The translations under genes and the position numbers were made by a program. The notes beneath the pieces are model-generated. The model did no database searches. It saw only the letters and a list, made by a program, of their open reading frames with translations, and was not told where the DNA came from. 64,000 bases of DNA. It comes from Octopus vulgaris. Lineage: Eukaryota. Positions within the stretch are counted from its first letter, which is position 1; the number at the start of each line of letters is the position of its first letter. Location of the stretch: the NCBI GenBank assembly GCA_951406725.2, contig OX597824.1:53010001-53074000 (forward strand), written 5' to 3'. Shown piece after piece: positions 25,905-39,830 of the stretch.

Positions 25905-26869
25905 TGTGTGAATAAATGTGTATATTTATACCAGTAATACTCTGGGTGAAATTAAGTATTAGAGTTCCGTAAAATAAATAATAGACTATGCCCGGGTCGA
26001 TATGATTGATTGAAGCCCTTGAAGGTGGTACCCCATCATGGACACAAAATGATAAATGAAACCAATAAAAAATTTGCGATTGATTATATTTTTATTTGAT
26101 TTTGATGGAGATATTCCACTTTATTCTTGATATATTTTGATTGATCTGAGCCACGAAGCTCCAAATAAACTCAGAAATATTTCGACTATCAATCGAGAGT
26201 TACTAAATTTATACATTCTAAATCATTTACCCATAACTTTCTATCACTTCCGTCTTCGCAATCATCTTCGACCTCCTAAATATTGAATATTGAGTGGTAT
26301 TCTTTCGTATTCTTCTTGGTAAACATTAAGGAAATTGAAGAATGAAGCAATGTGTTTTACAGTAATAAACATTAAAATTTCGAAGCAAAATAAAAAAAAT
26401 ATTAATGAAAAAGATATGAGGAGAAAAGCTGTCATTATAGCATTGTCGGTTTTTGCTGGGATTTCAAGTAAAAGAAATCGTTCTTCTTTAGAAAACTATA
26501 ACAATTGGTTGTTAGCTCTAAGCATACACATCACCACATTTTCCGCTCTCATTTTCTCTTCATTCTCTCTCACTCCCTCTTTCTTTCATTCTACCATTCT
26601 CTATCTAATTCTGTCTGTGTGTCTATGCTGTTATCTGTGCGTACGCATCTTGCATATGTATACATGTGTGAATGAATATCCTGTATTTCCTCTGTCTACA
26701 CCTCTATTGCTTTTACTTCCTACAGCCATCTCTATATTTATACTTCAACACGCTCTGTTTCACCACATCCCATTCATTTCTGTCGCAAATATTCATTTCT
26801 CTCTTATTCTTTCCAGTTTAGCATTAACTTTCTCTCTTCCTTTTATTTTCTCTCTCTCTCTCTCTCTCT

Positions 26870-26920
<51 letters not shown>

Positions 26921-29217
26921 GGAAAGTTTACGAAAATAAACAAAAGACGAAGGCAGGTGGTGTACAAACAAACAAATGTATTAGTATAGCGCTCAGGAAT
27001 AGAAAGTCTTTTACGTTTAGAGCCTACGCTCTTTTACAGAAAGATACTCAGAAAAAAACAAGGAGAGAAAAAAATGTGTGTAGTAGCTAACGATCTATCA
27101 ATATTTGTCATCTATTGATGTATATATGTTTATTATTCTTAATCTTCGGAGTGATGTCCGACGATTGCTCAGCTGGTCCAAACTCCGATGTTACTGTCAA
27201 CAAAATGTTTGTTTAAGAATAATAAATTTCTACTCTACAAAATTATAAAATAAACCATCAGATTAATGTAAAATTGTCACAACTAAAATTAAAAACAGAT
27301 AGTATAAATCGATCTAAAATCAAAATAGGCAACAGGATATCAAGTAGTGATGCAGTACGACCGTTTCAAGTGGCTCCATTTAATTGAACGAAGCAATCAT
27401 TACATCAATTCAAATGCGGCACCATCTTCAGCTGCACAAATAAATAAATAGAATTTAACCAGTCAGACACATTAATATAATTTTTCTCAAATATTTTAAC
27501 AGAGGAACAAGATGGAAGAAATTCATGCTGTCGCTATTGTAGCTAAGAATAGACTACACTTCCAAAACTCGCATGAAGCCTATTGGGGTCGTAGTGTTGT
27601 AAAGGATTGTAATTTATTTCTAATACATTTATCTCTTTAGCAATAACTAAATCTAAGACTAGAAGACTGTGTCCATTTTGAATGAAGAACAAGAGTGAGT
27701 TGACAGCTCATGGCTAGATATGGTCATAAATATTGTCATATGTATCCCTTTTCCTCAGGGAGGAAAGAAGACATTAGAAGTAGTCAATCAGATATAAAGT
27801 TTCTGTCTATAAAAATATGCTTGGTAGGGGAAGACTTTAAATCATGTTAATTACCATCTAAAAGGGGCAAATTACCAGTTAAAAGGGGTAAGATGCTAAG
27901 AAACCTAAAATGTTAATACAGAGGAAATTTTATTTGGGGGAACTATGGGTGATTGTTTATAAACAATATTGTTATGCTGTATAAAAATAAAATTTAAGAT
28001 TTTCAAAAATGATATCATAACCTTTATATATATAGTTCAAATTTACATAAGACAAAAGACAAAAGTAGGTGAGTGAGCAGCAAGCAGGTGTATTAGTTTG
28101 ACGTTCGAGAAGAATGGGAAAATCTTACGCTCTTCGACAGAAAGTGTTGAGAGCAAAAATTGGAGAGAGAATGAATAAATGGAGAGAGAAAAAGTGTAAC
28201 TTTTAACGGTTCAACATCATGATGATGTGTATGTGTGTTTGTGCGTGTGTGTGTGTGTATGTGTGTATGTATGTGTGTGTGTGTAAAATTATCAATTGAT
28301 ATGATAAAGGAAGATAATCTCAAGAATCACGAATTCTTCCGAAGTTGACATGTCATTAACTAAATAGACAGGATGATTCCTGGAGATAAGTGTACAGTGA
28401 TTAACCTGTCTATGCCTACGTAAGTGTCATATACATGACAAAGGTGCTAACCTACCTCCAGCAATCAAGGGAGACGGATATATACAAAAAGAGGAGAATA
28501 CATTTAAGGGTTAGGTAGAGTCTATATTGTGTTTAAGAGTCGTTCTGTTCCCTTTTCAACACCTACTTTTATATTTATTTTTGCTACTTTGTACTAATTT
28601 CAAACCTCGAGTTCCTTTATCTCTTTTTTTTTTTTTTGGCAATCTTTGTCAATATTACTGTTTCTGTATAGTTTCCAGATGAAGTCAGGATCTTACTGAT
28701 TTTAATGTCTATGGAGAGGATTTCCTCTACGGATCAGTCCCACTGCGAATGCATTGTCTTGTTATAAAAGGAGATTTCCGACTGCCATATTTTTCTAAGT
28801 TTGGTATAATCTTCTTGAGTCCATCTACCTTTAGTCATAGCACCTTCGTATGATACGCTTCCATTAATCCTTGGTAGCTTCCTTTGTGTCGAACAAAAGA
28901 GTTAGAGACAGACCGTTGATACACAGGTTCTGAATTCGGAAACTGATTTTCCACGTTAAACACTTAAATACGAACATTTCTTTTAGCTATATTCTATTCC
29001 TATGTCATCTGAAAATAATGTGATAATTCCAACAGTTTAGTTATTCAATTTTGCTCTTGGTTTTCCTTTGTTAAATCTTAATAAACACAAATATATTAGA
29101 AGAAGAAGGGCAGCAAAAGCCAAGGCAGGACGAGTATCTCAAATCATTTAGAATATTTAGAGTAAGGTGAACTTGAGGTAATTAATCAATTAATTAGTTA
29201 ATTAATTGGTTATTGGA

Positions 29218-29294
29218 TGTCTTACAGCTGTTTCTGGGATATCTCAAGTGATAGGTTAGCATCTCTGTAAACTGGTATTCCGTCATCAGAGACA
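29218..29294 (-). ncRNA. Type I hammerhead ribozyme, long imperfect stem II
   Basis: Reverse complement: TGTCT CTGATGA cGGaATA...TATcCCa GAAA C AGCT G TA AGACA; cleavage after GUA. Confidence 0.7.
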
Positions 29295-29729
29295 GGCTGA
29301 ATATGTAAGAAAGTTCTAGACAGTGAATCTACAGTTCATAAAGGAATAAAATTGTAGATAGAAGAATAAAGAGTAAAGCAACAGATAGAAGAATACAGAC
29401 AGGAGAATAAATTTCACAGCTCATCTTCTTCCAGAGGGTATGGAGGTTGGTCCGTACTTCCGTGAAGGTATAGATCCTTAAATAAATCCAGGCAGTATTT
29501 TGAATGCTGCGTTCATTTTGAAGGAATAGATCAAGTGGTTAGCTAGTATGAAAATGGTCCATGTGGGTATATAGTGTGAGAAAGACAAACATCATGATAG
29601 ACAGATAAGAGTTGTGAGTGAGGGAATAGAAGAGAGAGAGGAGAAAGAGAGAAAAGAAAGGAATGGAATAAGTGCGGGAAAGAATGAATGAGAGCGAAGG
29701 TAAAATAAAATCAAAAAATGATATATATA

Positions 29730-30013
29730 TCACCGCGACCGGTTCCACGTCGCTGGTCACAATGCGCTTGACATTGTTTTAGCCTTCAAATGACGCCACC
29801 CCGCTGGCTAAGCGAGCAGGCCAACAGAAGAAAGAGTGAGAGAAAGTTGTGGTGAAAGAGTACAGCAGAGATCGCCACCACCACCCTGCCAGAGCTCGTG
29901 GAGCTTTAGGTGTTTTCTCTCAATAAACACTCACAACGCCCGGTCTGGGAATCGAAACCGCAATCCTACGACCGCGAGTCCGCTGCCCTAACCACTGGGC
30001 CATTGCGCCTCCA
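29730..30013 (-). mobile_element. tRNA-derived SINE (second family)
   Basis: Reverse complement: GGAGGCGCAATGGCCCAGTGGTTAGGG...GGTTTCGATTCCCAGACCGGG (A and B boxes). A related 3' remnant lies at ~46400-46450. Confidence 0.8.
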
Positions 30014-30024
30014 CACACACACAG

Positions 30025-30145
<121 letters not shown>

Positions 30146-30307
30146 GAAGGGTGAAATTAATTAATTTGGAATAATTATCAATTACACCAAGTAGTCTTCG
30201 GTGTAGTCTTTTTTTTTTTAGTAGAAGAAATAGCTATGGCTCTTTGACTGCTATTTCTAAATTCGGTATGTGGTGGGGCAATTCGTTGCCAAACCCTTTA
30301 TTGCTTA

Positions 30308-30384
<77 letters not shown>

Positions 30385-30391
<7 letters not shown>

Positions 30392-30857
30392 ATTAGGGCT
30401 TAGTAAAATAAATTGAATTTGTTGACACTGTTAGTTGGAGTGGTTCATCTGAAGCGACAAGTTCGCTGATAGGTAAAGTTCCTTCTTTTTAGTGTTTCCA
30501 AATCCAAATTAAGAAATTTTGAGCTGACGAAAGAAATGCTGATTTTATTTGGCTAATCTTGAAACGTTGACGTACTCAAACGATCTATGTACTTGTGATA
30601 TTTTTCTGTATTTACCTCCAAACCTTCGTGAGCTGTCTGGAGTAAACATTATCTGAGAGAAATTTTCTTTAAGTAGTAGAAATGCAAAGAAAATTTTTTT
30701 GGGCTGCTATTTCTACTAAGTTCAGTATGTGGCAAAGTAATTTATTTTACTAAGCCCTAATTATATAATGTAATATTTTGAATTCGCCTTAAATGGTCCT
30801 TTTACATACTGAACACTTGGTGAAATTGATTAATTAATTAATTTTACCCTCAATTGT

Positions 30858-30860
<3 letters not shown>
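30385..30860 (+). mobile_element. PLE-derived non-coding element in (TA)n with short inverted repeat
   Basis: TATAATTAGGGCTTAGTAAAATAAATT (~30387-30415) is inverted at ~30739-30765; contains a hammerhead; (TA)n on both sides. Confidence 0.7.
30518..30580 (+). ncRNA. Type I hammerhead ribozyme
   Basis: TTTGAG CTGACGA AAGA...TCTT GAAA CGT TG ACG TA CTCAAA; cleavage after GUA. Confidence 0.8.
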
Positions 30861-30917
<57 letters not shown>

Positions 30918-30994
30918 TTCCTAGGGCTAAACAGCGGTGGTGTAATTCCTTTACTGTCATGTTAAGTTGACAGTATACAACCACTCTATATATC

Positions 30995-31395
30995 TCTTTC
31001 TCTTTTACTTGTTTCAGTCATTTGACTGCGGCCATGCTGGAGCACCGCCTTTAGTCGAGCAAATTGACCCCGGGACTTATTCTTTGTAAGCCCAGTACTT
31101 ATTCTATCGGTCTCTTTTTGCCGAACCGCTAAGTGACGGGGACGTAAACACACCAGCATCGGTTGTCAAGCAATGCTAGGGGGACAAACACAGACACACA
31201 AACACACATACATATATATATACATACATATATACAACAGGCTTCTTTCAGTTTCCGTCTACCAAATCCACTCACAAGGCTTTGGTTGGCCTGAGGCTAT
31301 AGCAGAAGACACTTGCCCAAGATGCCACGCAGTGGGACTGAACCCGGAACCATGAGGTTGGTTAGCAAGCTACTTACCACACAGCCACTCCTGCG

Positions 31396-31398
<3 letters not shown>
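30995..31398 (-). mobile_element. Full-length tRNA-derived SINE (major family, internal TA/TG tract)
   Basis: Homologous to 32148-32535, 57780-58205 and the split copies. Head GGCGCAGGAGTGGCTGTGTGG...GGTTCAGTCCC; tail GGCGGTGCTCCAGCATGGCCGCAGTC...GAAAC. Confidence 0.9.
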
Positions 31399-31485
<87 letters not shown>

Positions 31486-31493
<8 letters not shown>

Positions 31494-32147
31494 CGTCACT
31501 GAACGTTACTAAGGTTGTACAGACGCCTACAATGCTAGAAATAGGAGCTAAATCCTCTTAATGCTTTAGAAAAAAGCACAAAAATGTATACATATTTGCT
31601 AACAGGGGCTGCAATCACCCCAAACACTGACTCGAGAATTCCGTAGACGGAACGTCCAGTTTCGGCTATTCCGTAGCCTTCATCTTTAAGGACCACTCGT
31701 TCGGCAGATTCCGGACCTTATGTATTAACCATAAGAATTTATGGAATATTTAGCGGATGGTTAATGTCTATATAAAAATTACTATAAACAACTAGGTGCA
31801 ATGTGATATCATACAAGTAAAATACAATCACCACTGAACGTCACAAATGGGGTCAAGATACTTACATTTCTAGAAATAAGAGCCAAAATGCTCTTAATGC
31901 TGTAGGAAAAGCACAAAAATATAATCATCCATAAATTTTTATGGTAAATACATATATGCTTACTGGCCCGGAATCTACCGAACGAGCGATCCTTACTGGA
32001 GAAGGCTATGGAATTAGCCGAAATTGAACGTTCAGTCTAAAGAATTATCTAGTCGGTGTTTGGGACGATTGCAGACCCCGTCAACATATATGTATACATT
32101 TATGTGCTTTTCCTAGAGCATTAAGAGTATTTTAGCTCTTATTTCTA
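31486..32147. mobile_element. Old PLE-derived direct + inverted repeat element with two degenerate hammerhead remnants
   Basis: 31486-31590 is repeated at 31824-31920, and ~31535-31780 is inverted at ~31925-32148. Remnants (GA)AGGCTA...TAGCCGAAA at ~31648-31686 (-) and ~31996-32035 (+). Confidence 0.6.
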
Positions 32148-32260
32148 GCAGGCGTGGCTGTGTGATAAGAGGTTTGCTTCCCAGCCACATGGTTCCGGGT
32201 TCAGTCCCACTGTGTATCACCTTGGGCAAGTGTGTGTGTGCGTGTGTATATAGATAGATA

Positions 32261-32323
<63 letters not shown>

Positions 32324-32535
32324 ATGTCTGTATTTGTCCCCCCACCATCACTTGATTACCGATGTTAGTGTGTATACGTCCCCATAACTAACCGATTCGG
32401 CAAAAGTGTCCGATTGAATAAGTACTAGACTTACAAGGAATAAGTCTTGGGGTCCATTTGTTCGGCTCAAGGCGATGATCTAGCATGGCCGCAGTCAACT
32501 ATCGGAAACAAGTAAAACAATAAAACAATAAAAGA
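32148..32535 (+). mobile_element. Major-family tRNA SINE (internally deleted)
   Basis: Homology to 57780-58205. Confidence 0.85.
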
Positions 32536-32654
32536 ATGTGTGTATGTATGTATGTATGTATGTATGTATGTATGTATGTATTATGTATTTATGTATGTAT
32601 GTATGTATGTATGTATGTATGTATGTATGTATGTATGTATGTATGTATGTATGT

Positions 32655-32890
32655 GAGTCATCTTCGTAGTCATAAAGCGAAACAGATGAGTGACAACCTG
32701 GCCAATAGTGGTGGGATTACACACCATACTAATCATAGCTGTCGGGCATGTGGAAGAGAGTGTAATTCGGCAGGAGGACTTAAACGACATGCACAGGTGC
32801 ATGAAGCCCAGTTACTACTACAACCGACTATTACCGGTTAAGGTTTTAGTTGCCAATTCTGTACAAGACATTGTAGATATTTAGCTGGTT
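32655..32890 (+). mobile_element. RTE-clade LINE C-terminal C2H2 zinc-finger fragment
   Basis: HSCRACGRECNSAGGLKRHAQVH, then FSCQFCTRHCRYLAG. Confidence 0.5.
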
Positions 32891-35611
32891 GAAATTAGAC
32901 TGGTTGAAATTAGATTGGTTGAAATTGCAGAAATTGCAGAAAAAAAGCAACAAATATCTTATTGGTGAGATGCTGTGCATATTGTGTTGCATTGTTACAT
33001 CAAGTACATTCATCCATAAAGTGGTGTCTCGCTAAAGATCTTGAATTTGAGCGGCCATATTGTTATTTACTCGCTTCAGACATTGCTACAATTGTTCATA
33101 TATTAAATATTAATGTTCACAACAAATAACAGTAAATAATTGTTAATATAAACATATAAACTGTAGACAAAAAAGAAAGAAAACAGAAAAAAATTACAAG
33201 GGAAATTTCTTTCTTGTAACACTTTCACTGGTCATTTGACTTTGATTAGTGTTGTGGCTAGTTTAATAATTCAGTTGCTCATCTTCGCGTGACAATGTAA
33301 AAAACATAGAGGTAATAAGACCTGAAGATCAGTTAAGCTAGTTTTATGTAAGTTACAGCTTATGTAACAAGCATCGCATTTCTGTGAAGCGCTCATAGTT
33401 CGTTTTTAACCATTTTATTCCTTTCTTTTTTTATTCGCATTTTAGTAACTTTAGTTGCTAAACAGTGAGTAGTATGATGACCGTCGCCTTATCGATATTC
33501 CTTTTAATTTCAATATGGGACGAATCGTGCAACTTGCGATGTTAATAACCTTGTTTATAGTATATTATCCAACTTTTGTAATCTGTACTAGCTGCAGAAA
33601 TGCTCGAAGCTTACTAACTTCCTATACTTGGATCGCTGCATCGTATTTACCTATTAGTATGTATGTATGTATGTATGTATGTATGTATGTATGTATGTAT
33701 GTATGTATGTATGTATGTATGTATGTGTATATGTGTGTGTGTGTATATATATATGTGTGCTTAGGTGTGTTAAAATAGTTTTAAACTAACTATTTTGACG
33801 TTAGGCAAAACACCGAAAACCGACTTATTTGCTAAAAAGACGAGTAGTTTTTAAACTTTTAACAATTTTACCGAGTGATATAACAGACAAAATCTCTGTC
33901 TTACAATTTCAAGAGCGATATAACAGACAGTTTCCCAAAAGTAGTGGTCATGCTTAACAATTCCCACAAGCGCATAACTCCGTAGCCTGAGGCTGCCGTT
34001 ATGCAGGTGTTACCTGCATATCGAGATGTTTGCTTCAAGCTTAGAACAACTGAATTCAGAAAATTTGAGGTGTTTTCATTTTTTTCTAGTTTCTCTTTTT
34101 TCTTTCTGGTTTCTTTCTTGTATCCTTCAAATCCTTCAAACGAATTCCTTTCAAATAAATTTTTACCTCATGGAAGTGAAAAATTAATATAAAATAAAAA
34201 CATTAAAATGTACAAAAATGGCTATAATGATGAGAAAAAAGAGGTGTGGAAGATAATAACTGGCGAACTTATAACTTTTCTATTGTTGAATTCTTTCACC
34301 TGATATTGGTAATAATTCCTCTTCATAGCAGTTATTTAGTCTTCAAACCAGTTTGTTTATTTTTCTTCTCCTTCCTATCCAAAACAGCACGACACAATTT
34401 ACTATTCCCAGCAGTTCCTTGCCACGTCAGCTTTTTAAAATACATAGGTTTATTGGTTATGTCAGGATATCGTTTTTTTTATGCATAATTTCGTGTTGCG
34501 CTACAGGCATACTATTTTCTTTCGTGTTTCTCTGGGATAGAAGGCATTAATTAATGTTAGACTTCACTGTCAAAGAGAATAGCTTCTGATAGGTGCACAT
34601 TTTTAACATAGCAAAAAGAACATTTCAATGACTGGATTTTCTCTTCCCGCTTTCAAAATATTTGAGCATCCATCATCTACTAAATCTGAACAGAATGAAG
34701 TGAAATCCATCTTGGAGTAATGCTCCCACGCTCGGTACGGTGCTACTGCTACACACAGGGACATTTTGATTGCATTAGTGTAAAATTCGCCTATTGGTTG
34801 CCATTCGCAAACACACCAGCCTCAATCCTACTGACATGCTGTCTGCCGCTACTACAATAGCTTCTCTCCTCGGAACCGACCGGCATTGCACCATTTCCAC
34901 TCGAGCATCATCACTCATTCACTTCTGCTCTTCTCAATTTTGGTGTCCGCTTATCCTTGGTACCACACTGATCATTTGCTCAATCCGTTTTACCTCAATT
35001 TGTCAAGCATCTGGAATTCACAACGCTTGCATGTGTGTTCTACAAACATCAGCTTGCAAAAGTTTGGCTATTGAAAAACATGGGTGACCATTTTCCAGCA
35101 CTTAATGAAATGCAGTTCTTCTACACAGCTTTACTCACTTCTAATTAATTACCTTCAACATGACCATAATCACTTTTTCGATACTAGATACTGTCAAACA
35201 TTATAGTCAGTCATTGGAACGAAGATGAAAATGAGAAGAGAGGGGAATGAGAAACAGAAATCGTGAGTGAGAATTGGGAAAGATATAGTGTTAGTATGAT
35301 GGTGGTGGTGGTGGTGGTGGTGGTTGCGGTGATTGTGTTGGTAGTTGTGATGATGGTAGTGGTTGCTGTGGTGCATTATTGATTGTGGTGGCCATATGGC
35401 ATTCTGGCGATGCTGATAATGATGAGGATCATTATGATGATAATGATGGTTTCGGTGATGATGTGCATGGCAATATTAATTACATCGATTATATTGATGA
35501 GACTGATAGTATTAATTGTAGTGACAGGGGCGTGAAAGAGGTAATGAGTGAATATTGATGATATTAATGATAATACATATGATTGAAAAGTAGTGGTGGT
35601 GGTGGTGGTGG

Positions 35612-35706
<95 letters not shown>

Positions 35707-37644
35707 AACAACGACGATGTCGATATTGATGATGATTTAGCGGAACCGGATGATTACAGTAAAATAGTACTGTAAGACCGAATTAGTGACTTTGCCAACA
35801 TTTTGTTGTTTAAAGACCACGTCCTCCAGGTAAGATACCACTACTACACCACTAAGACATTCCAAATTAACCAACATATTTTTACTTGAATTACTCGATT
35901 ATTATACGGAAACAAAGATCATTCGAAAAATCGGTGTAATACACAAACGCTTTCACCAGATGTCTGGAGTTGGTTTAAATGAAATAGCAAAAGAACCGAG
36001 AAAGAGTTCTAATATATTTTTTATCTTGCGGGTATCATTTTTACATCTGCAGAAACATTTGGAGTAAATATCTTACGGTTTCCCTTTATTATGTTCTTTA
36101 TTGTTGATGTATCCAGTTGTTATGAATTCTGACAGCCTTACCTGACTGAGATGGATCTCGCTCAAGATAAAGATTAATGTACTAAAGGGATAAAATACAG
36201 AGAGTAATTGACTTTCGTTACCACTACAACAATTACCAAACAGCAACAATATTGCGAAGTTTAAGGAATAGGAAGAGAATGAAAACTAAATAGGAAGAGC
36301 ATAGTATTTTATGCACTTTGACTAATCTCGAGTTCAACTGTGAATATCCAATTCCAATTTTCATTTTTGTCTCTTCTGTCGATTATTATGTTTCAAACCG
36401 TTTGATTTTAGTTCATCAAATATCATATCTACTCTGTGTATGCTTCGATTATTACTAAACGGCTAAATCTTTATTTCATTCAAAGCTTTACAACATTTAT
36501 ATCCATTGAGCTAGGGTGTCAAACTTGTTAGCCTTTCAGGTTGGACTGAAGTGAAATTAGATCTTTTTCATTGGTTTTAGATAACAAAAGAGTTCCTGAA
36601 TCCCTCATGTGTTGTGATTTAACTAAAGGGAACCAGCATTCATCATGATTGTACTCTGACTTCAACTCAAAGCATGTTAACAGGATATATTTTAAAGAAA
36701 AGAAATTAAATTACATAAGTAATAAAATTTTACATAAAATTGAGCCAGGAACTGGACTATATACATAGAACTTATGTCTATTATGTAAGTTATAAAATGG
36801 AATTTATATCTATTGTTGCATTAAGCTATCATTCTCTGGCGCAATATAGATATAAGTTCCATTTAAATTCGTTTTAACAATGATGACACCAAATGGCAGA
36901 AATGGAATAATGTCTATGTTATGTCCATCTCCATTTTGAATTAAAATGACACCAGTGTCAACTTTGCCATATATACCTCCACGCTCGATACATAAGTTAC
37001 TAATCATATACTGGACATCATTCTATTGATTACTAATATGTAAAGTAGTGGCGCAAAAATCCATATAAGGATGAGCATAAGAATCTCATTAAGTGTGAGC
37101 AAACGTTTCATTATACATCTGTATGTTTGCATAAACACATGTTTATGACTACTTAAAGATGTTAGATATTTGCATTCTTGCGTAAATGAAAGTATATATT
37201 TTACTTTGGGCATAGAACTGTTTCGGGGAGCTACATGCATACAAAATTATACGATGATATATCTTCATCAGATATATCACCTATATATATATATAAGAAA
37301 TGTCTCCAAAACTTTTGTCATGTGTCTTAAATTTAGATTTGAATTGAATTATCCTGTCCTCAAACTTAATTCATTTCTCAACAGAAACTTCCTCCCGTGA
37401 GGTACAATCACAATTTCACCCTCCCTATTAATCTCTTTCCCTCTCTCACACACACACGCGCACGCACGCACACACACACACATACATGCACACACACACA
37501 CACACACACACACACTCCTTCTCTACAGATATACAGTTCAGTTGCAGTTGTGAATAAATGGGTTATATATTTACATCTCAGGACGTCCCAGAGAAAAATT
37601 CGTAAGCTAAACTTTTAACATTGTAATACACGAATATATATATG

Positions 37645-37708
<64 letters not shown>

Positions 37709-37852
37709 TAGCAATTAAGATCCAAGTGAGTTCTGTTGAATTCACATGAATATGGTACTTAACTTAGATGCACCAGAAATCTATATGGTGTTAACCATAC
37801 GATAATGTGGGGTGATTATAAATAGGAAAAAAGCAACAAGAATGGATCAATA

Positions 37853-37943
37853 TTTCGGTACAATTGTTTCGTACGAAGACCGCTTTATTAAGGCTACAAA
37901 AATTGCAGTAAATATAAGTGACCCGTACTCATCAGCCGAAAAA
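37853..37943 (-). ncRNA. Type I hammerhead ribozyme (left arm)
   Basis: Reverse complement of the 39006-39096 motif. Confidence 0.85.
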
Positions 37944-39005
37944 ATATCTGAGATCTCCAAACATCAAAGGGGGTGATGTTACACTCATGAAACATCATGG
38001 AAAGTTCTATAAAAATGAGATTTAGATAACAAATGGACTTCAAAAAGTTCTTTTAGTATTGCACAGTCATATATCAGGTTTAAAAAAATTTTAAACCTCT
38101 TAGTTTTCCAGAAAATGAAGATGAAAGTGAAGATTTAAATCTATCCATATTGAAGAAAGTTTGATTCCTGGAGATATGATGAGAGGTATCATACTCACAG
38201 AATAGAGTGGGATTCAAGATGTGTGATGATATTTTGGATACATTTTGGATACATTTATTAGTAGTAATAATAAATTTTGCTAATCCCAGATTTATTATAA
38301 CGGTTTTTCATTATGAAAAATAACTCTAATTCCTTTCTTCTGACTCCTTATTGTAGTCCCATAACCTGGCAATGTATTTATAATAACATTAATAAATAAA
38401 GAAATAAATTTAAATGACCTCTTTGCACTGAATACGCTAAGATGTTTTCCTAAAGAAACAAACTTTGACCCCCCCTTTTACCTTCCCATTTCCTCTTTAT
38501 ATAGTAATTAACAACAGTAGGTGGTCAAAATTAACATTCCTCCTTTAAGCTCTGTGATTCTTGCAGATTTCTATATCAGCCAGTTCTTCTCCACTGAAAG
38601 ACTGTCTCTACGCTTCACTGACCCTCCTACAACATTTTCGAATTCTAACAGAGCAGTTTTGAGAAACTCTCACAAATGTATCCAAAATATCATCACACAT
38701 CTTGAATCACACTTTACTATGGACTATATATGGATAAATACATATTCTGTGAGTATGATACCTCTCATCATATCTCCAGGAATCAAACTTTCTTCAATAT
38801 GGATAGATTTACATCTTCACTTTCATCTTCATTTTCTGGAAAACTAAGAGGTTTAAAAAAACTTTTAAACCTGATATATGACTGTGCAATACTAAAAGAA
38901 CTTTTTGAAGTCCATTTGTTATCTAAATTTCATTTTTATAGAACTTTCCATGATGTTTCATGAGTGTAACATCACCCCCTTTGATGTTTGGAGATCTCAG
39001 ATGTT

Positions 39006-39096
39006 TTTTCGGCTGATGAGTACGGGTCACTTATATTTACTGCAATTTTTGTAGCCTTAATAAAGCGGTCTTCGTACGAAACAATTGTACCGAAAT
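39006..39096 (+). ncRNA. Type I hammerhead ribozyme with extended stem II
   Basis: TTTCGG CTGATGA GTACG...CGTAC GAAA C AATT G TA CCGAAA; canonical core; cleavage after GUA at 39089. Confidence 0.88.
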
Positions 39097-39163
39097 ATTG
39101 ATCCATTTTTGTTGCTTTTTTCCTATATATATATATATATATCTGTGTGTGTGTATGTGTGTG

Positions 39164-39273
<110 letters not shown>

Positions 39274-39405
39274 TTCGCAAAATGTCTCCGAAACTCTTGT
39301 GTCTTAAATTAAGATTTTGAATTTAGTTTTCCCTTCCACGAATTTAATTCATTTCTCGACAAAACTTCCTCCCACGAGGTACAATCTCAATTTCACCCTC
39401 CCTAT

Positions 39406-39489
<84 letters not shown>

Positions 39490-39798
39490 AAACATATAGT
39501 TCAGTCGGTGCTATAAATAAATGAGTTGTGGTATAAATAAATGAGTTATTTACAACAGGGATACTGTTACAGAGCAATATGGCAAGTGATGACCGCACCC
39601 TCCTTTTCTTATTTATTCCATCCTACTTCCTAAAACTGACACCTTTGAAAGGTCACCAGCCCTTGTGAGAAAATGTGTTCATTTACAAATATGCTAATAG
39701 GTATATAATGGGAAAAGAAAAAAGAAAGGAGAAAAAAAGAAAAATACTTTGTAATGAAATTTCAATGAATTGACCACACCAAAATGAAAAGAAACCTC

Positions 39799-39830
<32 letters not shown>

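Larger units (their letters stand above)
37708..39125. mobile_element. PLE-derived element with ~420 bp inverted repeats, inserted in (TA)n
   Basis: 37822-38244 is the near-perfect reverse complement of 38675-39125; each arm carries a hammerhead. Confidence 0.85.

Noticed and set aside
26335-27090. 251 aa hydrophobic ORF resembling a membrane protein
   Set aside because: TTG start, runs through CT/TA microsatellites and a repeat fragment; the hydrophobicity follows from T-richness.
26918-27100. Hammerhead-like GAGC-gtag-GCTC-tAAAC remnant on the minus strand (similar at ~4355, ~23405, ~28100)
   Set aside because: Core nucleotides and stems I/III cannot be assigned; too degenerate to call.
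34560-35160. Possible old DNA-transposon coding remnant
   Set aside because: No catalytic motif or TIR pair could be read with confidence.
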